Virus record (IMG/VR): IMGVR_UViG_2541047897_000007
Coordinates: 1 to 36,207 of that record
DNA from: a virus
Lineage: Duplodnaviria; Heunggongvirae; Uroviricota; Caudoviricetes
Reading direction: 5' to 3' (one strand)
Length of the DNA: 36,207 bases
The notes beneath the pieces were generated by a model. It had not been told where the DNA came from and did no database searches. It saw only the letters and a list, made by a program, of their open reading frames with translations. A program made the translations under genes and the position numbers. Below, in pieces: positions 13,729 through 23,966 of this stretch (position 1 is its first letter; the number at the start of each line of letters is the position of its first letter).

Positions 13729-15479
13729 CAGAACTCCATAACCGTGAAACGCTCGTTTTCTCCTTCGCCGCCAATCGGTTCGTTAATGACAGCAAGCATG
13801 GTTGCCCACGCAAGGTCGCCGTGGCTGATCCCCCTCGCGCGGTCCGTTTCGTAAGTGATAAAGCCGCCCGGTGTTTTCACCTTACGCACGGCGTTAAAGG
13901 CCGCGACCAGCTCGCGTTCGGCGCGATCGTATTCCCACCGCCCGGCACGCATTATTTGCAGCATTTTCAGTACCAGCGACCGTTTTGATGACAGCGTGAA
14001 GGTGTACGGAATAGCAGCAGGGAAAAAACGTTTCACTATCTGATAAACAGCCTCCCCGTTCCCGCCCGTCACATCAATGCCGATGTGTTCCACGTTGTAG
14101 CGATACGTGAACTCTTCAATGACTCTGGCCTGTTCTTCAAACTCCAGCCCCTGAACGCGTCGCGTCTCCACCGTTCGAAAACGGCCACCAGGAACAGCCG
14201 GAGGAACCACCACGGACACAGCGCCGCTGTCGCCGTTGCCACTGCTGCCGTTTGCGTCATACCCAATCCATACCGGACGATTCCCCATCGGGCGGGGAGC
14301 AAAAGGTTTCCAGTCTTTCCAGTCGTCGTATCCGTCAACACCGCAGCCAATCAGGATATTCAGGTTAAATGCCGATTCCCCTTCGCGAACAAACTCACAC
14401 ATATAGAGATTGAGGAACTCGTCTTCGGTATTTTCATCACGAATTTCGTCGATATCGGTGTGTTTCCAGCCGTGATTAACCACATCTTCCAGCGTGACAA
14501 TTTGCCGCCACGTCCGGTCAGGGCAGATAAGCCCGTTATGCAGCGTTTTCCAGTCCACAGAAAAACGCTGGCGTTTATGCGAGGCCTTTTTCTCGTTCCA
14601 GCGGTCGCCGTTCCAGTAGGCGTATGCCTCGTGCGTTTCGGTGGATGGCGTGGAGAAGTAGGTGCGCCGCAGTCCGCTGAGGGTTGCCATAGCGCCAGCC
14701 ACCTTGCGCAGTTCAGCAAAGCGACTGACCCAGAAAAATTCATCAAAATAAAAATTGCCCGTATAGGACTGTGCCGACGCAGCAGAAGTGCCGAGAAAAT
14801 GCAGCTCTGCGCCGTTGGAGAGGATGATTTTATCGCCCCCTTTCAGCTCCACATCAACTTCAGCTGCGGCCTTCTGAATAATGCTTTTAAACTGGAACGC
14901 CTGACGACGCGACGCAGACAAAAAAATCTGGTTACGCTGGTAAGGTTGCGCCACATCGTCACGCAGCGCCATCAGCAGTGCTTCCTGTGCAAAATACCAG
15001 GTCGCCCCAATCTGTCGGGATTTCAGGATCATCCTGTTACGTATCCCGGCTTCCCTGCAAAGGGTCAGGGAGTCAAACCAGCCCCGCTGATGCCACTCCA
15101 GCCTGCTGATGATTTTTTCCCGCAGTGCGGCAATCTGTTCCGGCGTGAAATGATTTTTGAGTTTTTTCGCCCGGCCTTTCTTTCCTGCGGCCATCACATC
15201 CGGCTGGCCATCATGTAGCTTTTTAAGCTGCCGGGTCAGCAGGTCTATTTCCTTAAAGTCACCGCCTGTTTTATTCTGTTTTTCAGTAAGCTGGATGAGG
15301 CGCGCATCGATGGACTGCGTGACACGCTGCACGGGTGGCGTTTCATCCCACTGGTCACGTTTTTTCCACGCATAAATCGTGTTCGGGTTTATTCCCATCA
15401 GACGTGATATTTCTGCGGGCGGATAACCCTGCCAGTAAAGTTGCCGCGCACGCTGGCGCACAAAAGCGTCCTGAATCAT
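13728..15479 (-). CDS. P: terminase large (ATPase) subunit (P2 gpP-like)
   Basis: 583-aa ORF upstream of Q on the same strand and divergent from the capsid operon; size matches P2 P. Confidence 0.85.
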   Translation of the reverse strand: MIQDAFVRQRARQLYWQGYPPAEISRLMGINPNTIYAWKKRDQWDETPPVQRVTQSIDARLIQLTEKQNKTGGDFKEIDLLTRQLKKLHDGQPDVMAAGKKGRAKKLKNHFTPEQIAALREKIISRLEWHQRGWFDSLTLCREAGIRNRMILKSRQIGATWYFAQEALLMALRDDVAQPYQRNQIFLSASRRQAFQFKSIIQKAAAEVDVELKGGDKIILSNGAELHFLGTSAASAQSYTGNFYFDEFFWVSRFAELRKVAGAMATLSGLRRTYFSTPSTETHEAYAYWNGDRWNEKKASHKRQRFSVDWKTLHNGLICPDRTWRQIVTLEDVVNHGWKHTDIDEIRDENTEDEFLNLYMCEFVREGESAFNLNILIGCGVDGYDDWKDWKPFAPRPMGNRPVWIGYDANGSSGNGDSGAVSVVVPPAVPGGRFRTVETRRVQGLEFEEQARVIEEFTYRYNVEHIGIDVTGGNGEAVYQIVKRFFPAAIPYTFTLSSKRSLVLKMLQIMRAGRWEYDRAERELVAAFNAVRKVKTPGGFITYETDRARGISHGDLAWATMLAVINEPIGGEGENERFTVMEF

Positions 15480-15632
15480 TGCTCCCCCTGAGTAATTACA
15501 GGAAGATTACCCGCGCGCGAAACCGTTCTCCTTAACCCCCTGTTCTGACCGTTTTCTTACAACAAAAGCCCTTTGTATCAGCCTGTTACGCTTTGCCATC
15601 ATGACTGAAGAACCAGTCAGAGGGGCAAAACT
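15480..15632. promoter_or_regulatory. divergent late promoter region (P-Q leftward, O-N-M-L rightward)
   Basis: 153-bp gap between divergent late operons, as for the P2 late promoters; no individual promoter elements were confidently assigned. Confidence 0.35.
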
Positions 15633-16469
15633 ATGGCTAATGAAAAAAAGACATCCCGCAAAAAGTTTCGCGTGGCTGTCTCCGGATCAACTGTTGATGG
15701 CCGTGAAATCAGTCCGGTGCATCTGCGTGAAGCCGCCGAGAACTTCAACCCGGATGTTTACGCTGCCCGCGTGAACGTTGAGCACTATCTCTCGCCATGC
15801 CCGTCAAGCGAATTTTCCGCAATGGGCGATGTCACCGCACTGAGTACGGAAGACATTACGGAAGGTCCGCTGGCCGGACGTACTGCGCTGTATGCAGAAA
15901 TCGAACCGACCGAGCGCATGAAGCAGCTTGTCGCGGACGGCAAGAAAATCTATTCCAGTATCGAACTGCACCCGCAGTTCTCCGTTAACGGGCGCGCCTA
16001 TCTGGTCGGGCTGGCGATGACCGACACCCCGGCAAGCCTGGGCACTGAGCGCCTGAAATTCACGGCACAGCAACGTCAGGCGGTGATGACGTTCAACAGT
16101 ATCCAGGGTGAAGCGCCGCTTATCTCCGAAGCCATCGAGTCTGAAATCATCGAAATGGCAGAACAACGCCAGGAAGAAGGCACCCAGTGGTTTAACCGCG
16201 TAATGGGGATTATTGGCCGTGGCCGCAAAGCGGATGACGCCAGTTTTTCCCGTATTCAGGAAGCGGTGGAAGGCGTCGCAACGTCACAGGCCGACATTAT
16301 CGACCGTTTTAATGTGCTGGAAACCCGCCATCAGCAGGACCGCCAGAAAATCACGTCACTGACCACAGAGCTGGCAGCACTGAAGGAAAAACTGCGCACG
16401 CAGGACGGCGATCCGCAGAACCGGTTCACCGCAACAGGTGCAGCCTCCGACCAGCTGGCTGACTTCTGA
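15633..16469 (+). CDS. O: capsid scaffolding protein (P2 gpO-like)
   Basis: 278-aa ORF, first gene of the capsid operon, size matches P2 O. Confidence 0.8.
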   Translation: MANEKKTSRKKFRVAVSGSTVDGREISPVHLREAAENFNPDVYAARVNVEHYLSPCPSSEFSAMGDVTALSTEDITEGPLAGRTALYAEIEPTERMKQLVADGKKIYSSIELHPQFSVNGRAYLVGLAMTDTPASLGTERLKFTAQQRQAVMTFNSIQGEAPLISEAIESEIIEMAEQRQEEGTQWFNRVMGIIGRGRKADDASFSRIQEAVEGVATSQADIIDRFNVLETRHQQDRQKITSLTTELAALKEKLRTQDGDPQNRFTATGAASDQLADF

Positions 16470-16492
16470 TAAGACAAAGGAGCAAATTTTTT

Positions 16493-17545
16493 ATGAATCT
16501 GGTGATGTCAGATATTACCCGCAACAAGCTGGGTTGCTATATGGCGCAGCAGGCGTCGCTTAATAATATTCCGGTTTCCGCACTGGTATCGCGATTTACC
16601 GTGGAACCCTCGGTGCAGCAGCGTTTTGAAAACGCCTCAAAGGAAAGCACCGAATTTACAAAAAGAATTAACGTGATCGGCGTGACCGACCAGAAAGGCG
16701 AAAAAATCCTCCTGGACACCACCGGGCCAATTGCACGCACGAATACCAGTTATGACGGCACAAAACGCCGTAACCCGAATAACGTGGTTGATCTGAAAAA
16801 CCGCAAATACCAGTGCGAACAGGTGAACTACGACACGTTTATTTCATATCCGCAGCTTGATGCCTGGGCGGCACATCCTGATTTTCAGTCCCGCATCAGC
16901 GCACAGATTGCCCGACAGGTGGCGCTTGACCGCATCATGATCGGTTTCAACGGCACGTCTCACGCGGATGAGTCCAACTTCAGCACCAACAAGCTGCTTC
17001 AGGACGTTAACGTGGGATGGCTGGAGCACATCAGAACCGACGCCAGCGAACGCGTTATGAATGACGTGACGCTGACCTCCCGCAACATGGACAACACCGT
17101 GGCGCACGCGGGTAAGTATGCGAACGCTGATGCACTGGTACAGGACGCGCGTTCATCCCTGCTGGATGAATGGCACAAGGAAGCTGACGACCTTGTGGTG
17201 ATTATGGGGCGCAACCTGTTTAACTCGCTGCGTCTGCCCGTGCTGAACAGCATCAGCGGCCAGAATCCCAATGCGGAATTACTTGCCGGGCAGCTCATCC
17301 TGTCATCGCGCACCATTGGCGGGCTGGGCGTGTTCCTTGCGCCGTTCTTCCCGGATGCAACGATGCTGATCACCTCATTCAACAACCTGTCGATTTACTG
17401 GCAGAAAGGTTCAATGCGTCGTCTGATGAAAGACGAACCGGAATACAACCGCATCGCCACCTACCAGTCCATCAATGACGCTTATGTCGTTGAAGACTAT
17501 GGCAAGTGCGCGATGGTCACTGGCCTGAAGTTCGCCGACAGCTAA
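16493..17545 (+). CDS. N: major capsid protein (P2 gpN-like)
   Basis: 350-aa ORF with strong RBS, synteny O-N-M-L. Confidence 0.85.
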   Translation: MNLVMSDITRNKLGCYMAQQASLNNIPVSALVSRFTVEPSVQQRFENASKESTEFTKRINVIGVTDQKGEKILLDTTGPIARTNTSYDGTKRRNPNNVVDLKNRKYQCEQVNYDTFISYPQLDAWAAHPDFQSRISAQIARQVALDRIMIGFNGTSHADESNFSTNKLLQDVNVGWLEHIRTDASERVMNDVTLTSRNMDNTVAHAGKYANADALVQDARSSLLDEWHKEADDLVVIMGRNLFNSLRLPVLNSISGQNPNAELLAGQLILSSRTIGGLGVFLAPFFPDATMLITSFNNLSIYWQKGSMRRLMKDEPEYNRIATYQSINDAYVVEDYGKCAMVTGLKFADS

Positions 17546-17590
17546 TCAACTCACGGCGGGCATCATGCCCGCCTGTAACGGAGAGAAAAA

Positions 17591-18391
17591 ATGATTACTC
17601 CTGCACAGCAACACTGGCAGAACGTGATGGCACAGCGCGCAGGCCGGGCGAATGAAGGCGTGGACCACGCCGCGCGTACCGCGCATGAAGAGGTGCTGTA
17701 TCGTCTGCGTCTGGCACAGGCCCGGCTTAAGGGCGTACAGGCCAGAAGCGCGAAAGCCGCCATCAAAAAAGAGTTGTTGCCGGACTTTTCCGGCTGGATT
17801 GAGGGAACGCTGGAGGCTGACGGCGGGCAGCAGGATGAAGTGATTGCCACGCTGATGGTGTGGGCGATTGACTGCGGCGATCTTCCGCTGGCGCTGCGTA
17901 TTGGTGCATATGTGGTCCGTCACAACCTCATCATGCCGGATAACTTTGGACGTACTGCCGCCACGGTACTGACCGAAGAAATCTGTAATCCGGTGCTGAC
18001 GCAGGCCGGGACGGATGCCGACGCGGATTTATCCGCCTTTATCGAACCACTGGACACACTTTGGGAAATTGTCGCCAACCAGGACATGCCGGACGAAGTG
18101 CGCGCCAAATTATGCAAGGCGTGTGCCTTTGCCCGTCGTGGCCTGACCGATGCAGACAGCATGGCCTCATCACTGAAGCTGCTGCGCGAAGCGATGCACC
18201 TGAACCCGAACGCAGGTGTGAAACGCGAGATTGCAACCCTTTCCCGCGCCCTGAAAAAAGCCGATTCCGCAGACGCATCAGAAGACGCCAGCGCACAGCA
18301 GGCGCAGGACGAAAGCAGCAAAAGTAAAAAGACAACGCGGAAACCTGCAACACGAAAAACCACCGCGACGCAGAAGGCGAAGCGCGGTTAA
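17591..18391 (+). CDS. M: terminase small/endonuclease subunit (P2 gpM-like)
   Basis: 266-aa ORF with basic C-terminal tail; synteny. Confidence 0.8.
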   Translation: MITPAQQHWQNVMAQRAGRANEGVDHAARTAHEEVLYRLRLAQARLKGVQARSAKAAIKKELLPDFSGWIEGTLEADGGQQDEVIATLMVWAIDCGDLPLALRIGAYVVRHNLIMPDNFGRTAATVLTEEICNPVLTQAGTDADADLSAFIEPLDTLWEIVANQDMPDEVRAKLCKACAFARRGLTDADSMASSLKLLREAMHLNPNAGVKREIATLSRALKKADSADASEDASAQQAQDESSKSKKTTRKPATRKTTATQKAKRG

Positions 18392-18408
18392 CGACTGACC
18401 CCGTCAGC

Positions 18409-18480
18409 GGGCGGCGTGCGCGGTGTTCCGGTTTGACTCCGTGACCGTTTACACCGCGCACCCACCGCCCGATTTTTTTC
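18409..18480 (+). terminator. rho-independent terminator after M
   Basis: long imperfect inverted repeat gggcggcgtgcgcggtg (18409..18425) / caccgcgcacccaccgccc (18452..18470) followed by T7 at 18473..18479. Confidence 0.55.
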
Positions 18481-18493
18481 AGGAGTGAACCCC

Positions 18494-18988
18494 ATGAGTA
18501 TGGTTGCCAGAACTGAACCAGGACCCGCAGAGGACGACATCACCGATACCGATGATGGCGACACTCGCATTTCAGCAGGTGCATTCTGGCCGGATATTGT
18601 GCTGCGCGAGCTGCGTCTGGCGGTACGACTGCCGGGCCGCGTGACCACCTCCCGCCTGCTGCATACTGCCACCGGGGCTGTGGCACACGTTACCCGCGAG
18701 CTGGAAGCATGGCAGCAGGAACAGCAGGCGGCTGGCCATCAGACGCTGGCCGATGTTCCGGCACCCGTAATTAACGGAGAAAGCGTCAATCTCTGGCACT
18801 GGCGCAATGCTGTTTATACCGCCACACGCGCCCTGATACTGGAGCGTTACCGCGATGCGGACACAACGGACAAGGGCGACCGCCGGGCGGACGCACTGGA
18901 TATACAGACATCGGATTTGTGGCGCGATGTGAGCTGGGCCATCTCTGACATTCTGTGCCGCCCGCGAATCTTTGCGGAGTTGTGCTGA
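18494..18988 (+). CDS. L: head completion/stabilisation protein (P2 gpL-like)
   Basis: ATG at 18494 with AGGAG RBS preferred over the ORF-track GTG at 18485; 164 aa; synteny. Confidence 0.75.
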   Translation: MSMVARTEPGPAEDDITDTDDGDTRISAGAFWPDIVLRELRLAVRLPGRVTTSRLLHTATGAVAHVTRELEAWQQEQQAAGHQTLADVPAPVINGESVNLWHWRNAVYTATRALILERYRDADTTDKGDRRADALDIQTSDLWRDVSWAISDILCRPRIFAELC

Positions 18989-19188
18989 TGAAAGTGAAGG
19001 CACTGGAAGGCGACACCGTGGATTCGCTCTGTTTCCGGTACTACGGCACGACGCAGGGCGTCACCGAAAAGGTGCTGGATGCCAACCCCGGACTCTGTCA
19101 GCAGGTATTTCTGGACGCCGGGCAGGAAGTGGAGATGCCGGAGCCGGAGAAGAAGAAACGAGAAATGATTCAGTTGTGGGGGGAGTAG
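18988..19188 (+). CDS. X: tail protein X (P2 gpX-like)
   Basis: 66-aa product from the ATG at 18988 overlapping the L stop; ALEGDTVDSLCFRYYGTTQGVTEKVLDANPGL matches P2 gpX as recalled. Confidence 0.75.
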   Translation: MKVKALEGDTVDSLCFRYYGTTQGVTEKVLDANPGLCQQVFLDAGQEVEMPEPEKKKREMIQLWGE

Positions 19189-19190
19189 CA

Positions 19191-19514
19191 GTGAGCACCA
19201 TTCAAACAGGGATCACAGAGCAGGTTATTGCATGGCTCTTTGACCACCTGCCAACGGTGTATGCAGTAGGCGCGGCGGTCAGCATTTCCGCGCTGATGAG
19301 TCTTTATGACGGACGAACACTGGTTCAGACCGTAACGGGATCGCTGGCGTGCGGCGTTCTTGCCATGGCCGTGGCCGGGTCGTTGCGCTTCTTCGGTTTT
19401 CCTGAAGATGCCGTGACGTTTATCGGCGCATCAATCGGTTTTATGGGGGCAGAGAAAGCACGCGACAAGGTTATTGCGGCCTTTAATCGCAGGGTGAAGG
19501 AGAAGGACGAATGA
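19191..19514 (+). CDS. Y: holin (P2 gpY-like)
   Basis: GTG start with GGGGAG RBS; about 107 aa with hydrophobic segments and a charged C-terminus; directly upstream of the endolysin. Confidence 0.6.
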   Translation: MSTIQTGITEQVIAWLFDHLPTVYAVGAAVSISALMSLYDGRTLVQTVTGSLACGVLAMAVAGSLRFFGFPEDAVTFIGASIGFMGAEKARDKVIAAFNRRVKEKDE

Positions 19515-19903
19515 GCAATACATTTAAATTCAGCAGCCGGAGCGAAAAGAATTTGCAGGGCGTAAATCCTGATCTGGTGAAAGTGACCCGACGGGCACTG
19601 GAAATCTCGGAAGTGGATTTTGGTATCACCGAAGGGTTGCGCAGCCGTTACCGCCAGAAGCAACTTGTGGCCACGGGTAAGAGCCAGACCATGAACAGCC
19701 GCCACCTTACGGGGCATGCCGTGGATGTTGTGGCTTATATCGGCAGCCAGGTGTCATGGGAATGGCCGCTGTACGAAAAAATCGCAGCAGCATTCAGACA
19801 GGCCAGCCGGGAACTGAATATTCCGGTGGAATGGGGCGGCGACTGGAAGACCCTGAAAGACGGACCGCATTTTCAGTTACCACACGGAGCCTATCCGGCA
19901 TGA
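19511..19903 (+). CDS. endolysin, peptidase M15-type (L-alanyl-D-glutamate endopeptidase family)
   Basis: 130-aa ORF; SRHLTGHAVD metal-binding motif typical of M15 peptidases; between holin and spanin genes. Confidence 0.75.
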   Translation: MSNTFKFSSRSEKNLQGVNPDLVKVTRRALEISEVDFGITEGLRSRYRQKQLVATGKSQTMNSRHLTGHAVDVVAYIGSQVSWEWPLYEKIAAAFRQASRELNIPVEWGGDWKTLKDGPHFQLPHGAYPA

Positions 19904-20307
19904 AGCTCTGGCCCACGCTGGGCGTCGCTTTCCTTCTGATTGCCGCATGGGGAACATCCATGCGTCTGTCGTGGTCGCTGGGCCGGGAGAACGCCAGAAA
20001 CGAAGCGCAGGCCAGCGCCCTGAAACGTACCGTCGACACCCTGAATATCATCAGCGCCGGGGTACAGGATATGCAGCAGGTGCTGGCGCAACTCCGCGTG
20101 GAAAATCAACAGCGAAATCAGGACGGAGAGGCCAGACGTGAACAGCTACGCAACGATATTGCAAAAGATGAATGCGCCCACGCTTTGCCTGACGCTCGTT
20201 TTACTGACAGGTTGCGCAGGCACGCAGAACGCGCCACGGCCAGCGCCGTCAGTCCGGCTTATACCGCAGACGCTGACCATACCGGTAACGCCTCCCCCCT
20301 TCCCTGA
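19900..20307 (+). CDS. lysB: inner-membrane spanin (Rz/LysB-like)
   Basis: ATG at 19900 overlapping the endolysin stop; N-terminal TM helix LWPTLGVAFLLIAAW followed by charged coiled-coil-like sequence. Confidence 0.65.
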   Translation: MKLWPTLGVAFLLIAAWGTSMRLSWSLGRENARNEAQASALKRTVDTLNIISAGVQDMQQVLAQLRVENQQRNQDGEARREQLRNDIAKDECAHALPDARFTDRLRRHAERATASAVSPAYTADADHTGNASPLP

Positions 20308-20458
20308 CACTCCCACATGGGGAAATCTCGGTATATGGGGCGACCGCCTTCTGGATGCACTGGAAACCTGTAACGCGGATAAACGGGCCATTGAATTACT
20401 GGAACAGCGCAGGCTGCAACGACTGAACAACGAGGATAACAACCATGCTGAAAACTGA
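20138..20458 (+). CDS. lysC: outer-membrane lipoprotein spanin (Rz1/LysC-like), out of frame within and beyond lysB
   Basis: lipobox LVLLTGC, Pro-rich mature region; the internal start at 20168 is an alternative. Confidence 0.55.
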   Translation: MNSYATILQKMNAPTLCLTLVLLTGCAGTQNAPRPAPSVRLIPQTLTIPVTPPPFPDTPTWGNLGIWGDRLLDALETCNADKRAIELLEQRRLQRLNNEDNNHAEN

Positions 20459-20912
20459 TTCCCTGCGTGAAGCCATGACCCGTTCATGCCGATGGTGTCA
20501 GGCCAACCCGGAAAAATTCACCATTTTCGTGGAGAGCGGCAACATTGAAACGACCGGAGAAACGCCCTCGTTTGTTTACCGCTATCAGATGGTGATGTTT
20601 GTCATGGATTACGCCGGGGAGCTGGACGACCTCACGCTGCCGCTACTGGCGTGGTTATCCGAAAATCAGCCACAGTTGTTGCTCAATCCGGAGCGTAATC
20701 AGGACATCAAATTTTCCGCCGTTATCAATGACGATGACAGCGCCGATCTCCTGTTTACGCTCCCCCTGCGGGAACGCGTTCGCATCACGCGCAACAGTCA
20801 GGGCACACCGCAGGCAGAACACCTGCCGGAGCCAAAACCCCGTCTGCCCTCTTCCGAAGGCGACTGGTCGCATGTATTCCAGGATGTGACGTGGGGTGAA
20901 AGCGATGGATAA
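20445..20912 (+). CDS. R: tail completion protein (P2 gpR-like)
   Basis: 155-aa ORF, size and position as P2 R. Confidence 0.75.
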   Translation: MLKTDSLREAMTRSCRWCQANPEKFTIFVESGNIETTGETPSFVYRYQMVMFVMDYAGELDDLTLPLLAWLSENQPQLLLNPERNQDIKFSAVINDDDSADLLFTLPLRERVRITRNSQGTPQAEHLPEPKPRLPSSEGDWSHVFQDVTWGESDG

Positions 20913-21540
20913 GGCATTCACCCGTGTGGATGAAACCTTTGAGGCCATCCGTGACAGCCTGAATCAGCAGGTCATCAATAACATCGCCAGAAAGCTGGCA
21001 CAGGATTTACGCCGCGCCCAGCAGGCACGTATCCGGTCACAGAAAGCGCCGGACGGGACCGCGTGGACACCTCGCAGACGCCGCGTAACCCGGATACAGG
21101 AGCGCATTCGCTTTATCTGGAATAACGAAGCACGCACGCTGAAAAACTGGCATCACGACACGGGGAAATACGGGCGAACCATTACCGGGTGGGATGAGGA
21201 TAAAAACAATATCCGCACGTTTTACCGGGATGACATCGACCGTTTTCTGGAAATACGCACCCGGCGCATCAACCAGGACAGCACAAAGCGCGTCCCCATG
21301 TTCGTAAAACTGCGCACCGCCCGCTACCTGAAAGCCCGTGCAGATGCTTCCGGTGTGACGGTGGGTTACAGCGGCGTGGCCGCACGTATTGCCCGCGTTC
21401 ATCAGTTCGGTGAGCGCGATCAGGTTGCGCCGGGCATTTTCACCGATTACCCGGTACGTGAGCTGCTGGGTATCAGCCAGGCAGATGAGCGCCTGATTTA
21501 TAACACGGTGCTGGGCCGGATTGCGGAGGCTGTACGGTGA
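20896..21540 (+). CDS. S: tail completion / virion morphogenesis protein (P2 gpS-like)
   Basis: ORF-track start is a GTG at 20896; the ATG at 20905 is an alternative; synteny. Confidence 0.7.
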   Translation: MKAMDKAFTRVDETFEAIRDSLNQQVINNIARKLAQDLRRAQQARIRSQKAPDGTAWTPRRRRVTRIQERIRFIWNNEARTLKNWHHDTGKYGRTITGWDEDKNNIRTFYRDDIDRFLEIRTRRINQDSTKRVPMFVKLRTARYLKARADASGVTVGYSGVAARIARVHQFGERDQVAPGIFTDYPVRELLGISQADERLIYNTVLGRIAEAVR

Positions 21541-22118
21541 GCGCAGAACTCATGCGACTGCTGAGCAATATCATCCGCACCGGGATCATCTCTGAAGTTG
21601 ATGAGAAGTCCTGGCGCGTGCGCGTTCGCAGCGGCGAACTGGAAACAGGATGGTTGCGCTGGAACACCACGCGCGCGGGAGCTTTCAATGTGTGGCTGCC
21701 GCCATCACCCGGCGAACAGGTGGTAATTGCCTGCATTGGCGGCAACCCGGAAACCGCCATGATAATTGGCAGCCTGTGGAGTGATGCCAATCCGGCACCC
21801 GGCAAAAGCCTGAAAGAAATCGTGGTCAGCGCGCCGGATGGCGCGGTGTTCAGCTACGACGCGGACGCAGGCGCACTGAGCGCCAGCGGCATGAAAACGG
21901 CCACTTTACAGGCATCCGTCAGCGTGACACTGGATACGCCCGTCGTGGAATGCACAGACCTTCTGAGAACGGCGACGCTTGACGTCACAAAAGGGGGAAA
22001 GATGAGCGGCAATATCACGCACAGCGGCGGCAATTTCACCTCAAACGGCATTACCGTGCATACGCATAAACACGGTGGCGTGAAAGGTGGCAGCGATTCG
22101 ACAGGAGGCCCGCAGTGA
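21537..22118 (+). CDS. V: baseplate spike/assembly protein V
   Basis: 193-aa ORF with Gly-rich C-terminus HSGGNFTSNGITVHTHKHGGVKGG; synteny V-W-J-I. Confidence 0.8.
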   Translation: MSAELMRLLSNIIRTGIISEVDEKSWRVRVRSGELETGWLRWNTTRAGAFNVWLPPSPGEQVVIACIGGNPETAMIIGSLWSDANPAPGKSLKEIVVSAPDGAVFSYDADAGALSASGMKTATLQASVSVTLDTPVVECTDLLRTATLDVTKGGKMSGNITHSGGNFTSNGITVHTHKHGGVKGGSDSTGGPQ

Positions 22119-22465
22119 CAACCCGCTACACAGGAATGAACCCGGACGGAACGGGAAACCTGAACGATATGGAGCACCTGAAACAGTCAGTCAGGGACAT
22201 CCTGACCACCCCGCTGGCAAGCCGGGTTATGCGACGGGAATATGGCAGCCTTGTGCCTGATTTGATTGACGAACCCATGAATAACACCACGCGTCTGCAA
22301 TGCATGAGTGCTGCCGTGATTGCGCTGACACGATGGGAACCCCGCATTGCCCTGGATGCCATCGACGTTGTCTGGAAAGCGGGAGGCCGCGCCGGGGTGA
22401 CGCTGTCGGGCACTGTCATGCAGACCATGCAGAATGTTGAATTAACCATCACGCTGAGGGAGTAA
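22115..22465 (+). CDS. W: baseplate protein W (gp25-like)
   Basis: 116-aa ORF, translationally coupled to V; synteny. Confidence 0.8.
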   Translation: MTTRYTGMNPDGTGNLNDMEHLKQSVRDILTTPLASRVMRREYGSLVPDLIDEPMNNTTRLQCMSAAVIALTRWEPRIALDAIDVVWKAGGRAGVTLSGTVMQTMQNVELTITLRE

Positions 22466-22468
22466 ATC

Positions 22469-23365
22469 ATGCCCGCCGTTGACCTTTCACAGTTACCGGA
22501 ACCCGCCATCATCGCGGAGCCTGACTTTGAGGCAATTCTGGCTGACACAAAGGCCATGATGATTGCGTCCTATCCTGCCGAACAGCGTGAAGCCGTCTCC
22601 GCCGCGCTGGAGCTGGAATCAGAACCCCTGAACGTTATCGCTCAAACCATGTCGTTTCGTGAAATGCTGTTACGCCAGCGGGTTAACGAGGGCGCACGCG
22701 CCTGCATGTTAAGCCACGGTTCAGGGACAGACCTGGACAACCTCGCGGGCAATATGAACACAAAGCGCCTGGTTATCACTCCGGCAACGGATACCACCGA
22801 CGCGGTGATGGAAAGCGACACATCGCTGAGACTGCGGGCGCAACGGGCGTATGACGGTCTGAGTGTTGCTGGCCCGTCAGGCGCATACGAGTATTTTGCA
22901 CGCAGCGCCAGCGGTCTGGTACGCGACGCGCGAGCCATCAGCCCGTCTCCGGCCAACGTGACGGTTTCCATTCTGTCCACTGAAGGCGACGGCACAGCAA
23001 CGGAGGCGTTGCTTAATACCGTTCGCGCCACTCTGAATGCAGAGGATACCCGCCCGGTGGCCGACCGCCTGACCGTACAGAGCGCCAGAATCGTGACATG
23101 GCGGCTGAATGCAAAACTGTACTTTTACCCCGGCCCGGAATCCGAACCTATTCTGGCCGCGGCTGAATCGTCGTTCAGGAAGTGGCTGGCTGAGCAGGGG
23201 CTTATCGGTCAGGACGTGGCGTTGTCCGCCATTGCTGCCGCACTGCATGTGCACGGTGTGCAACGCGTGGAGATAATCGAACCCACACAGAATATGGCCA
23301 TCAGCGACATACAGGCGGCGCGCTGTGAGTCATTCACCATCAGCGAAGGTGGACGCAATGAGTAA
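22469..23365 (+). CDS. J: baseplate assembly protein J
   Basis: 298-aa ORF; synteny and size. Confidence 0.8.
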   Translation: MPAVDLSQLPEPAIIAEPDFEAILADTKAMMIASYPAEQREAVSAALELESEPLNVIAQTMSFREMLLRQRVNEGARACMLSHGSGTDLDNLAGNMNTKRLVITPATDTTDAVMESDTSLRLRAQRAYDGLSVAGPSGAYEYFARSASGLVRDARAISPSPANVTVSILSTEGDGTATEALLNTVRATLNAEDTRPVADRLTVQSARIVTWRLNAKLYFYPGPESEPILAAAESSFRKWLAEQGLIGQDVALSAIAAALHVHGVQRVEIIEPTQNMAISDIQAARCESFTISEGGRNE

Positions 23366-23966
23366 TTCGTTGTTACCCCCATCAGCCAGCAATTTCATGC
23401 GTTGTGCCGAAGCCGTCGGAACACGCATTACAGACATTCCGGTAGACCTCAACACGTTGTGGTCGCCGGACACCTGCCCGGTGCATCTGCTGCCTTATCT
23501 CGCCTGGGCGTTTTCCGTTGACCGCTGGGATCGCAACTGGCCGGAAGAGACAAAGCGACAGGTGATTCGTGATGCATGGCTGATACACCGACACAAAGGG
23601 ACCATCAGCGCACTGCGAAGAGCCGTGGAGCCTCTCGGCTACCTGATTGAAGTAAAGGAGTGGTGGCAACTCAATGAGGAGCCTGGGACATTTCGCATTG
23701 TTGTCGGAGTACTTGATCAGGGCATCACCGATGAAATGCATCAGGAACTTGAACGCCTTATTGCGGATGCAAAACCAGTAAGTCGCCATCTGACAGGGCT
23801 GGCGATCAGTCTGAGTGTGAACGGAAAGATTTTCGTTGGTACGGGATGCTATCACGGCGATGCCCTGACGGTTTACCCCTACACCCCGGAGTCCATTATT
23901 GTCGAAGGGGATTATTTCTCTGCCCCGGCCATTCATTTAATTGATAATCTGAGAGTAAACGCATGA
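23358..23966 (+). CDS. I: baseplate/tail protein I
   Basis: ATG at 23358 preferred over the upstream ORF-track start; WSPDTCPVHLLPYLAWAFSVD matches the conserved P2 gpI N-terminal region as recalled. Confidence 0.8.
   Translation: MSNSLLPPSASNFMRCAEAVGTRITDIPVDLNTLWSPDTCPVHLLPYLAWAFSVDRWDRNWPEETKRQVIRDAWLIHRHKGTISALRRAVEPLGYLIEVKEWWQLNEEPGTFRIVVGVLDQGITDEMHQELERLIADAKPVSRHLTGLAISLSVNGKIFVGTGCYHGDALTVYPYTPESIIVEGDYFSAPAIHLIDNLRVNA

Noticed and set aside
14085-15218. 377-aa plus-strand ORF
   Set aside because: Fully antisense to the terminase large subunit gene P, which has strong synteny support.
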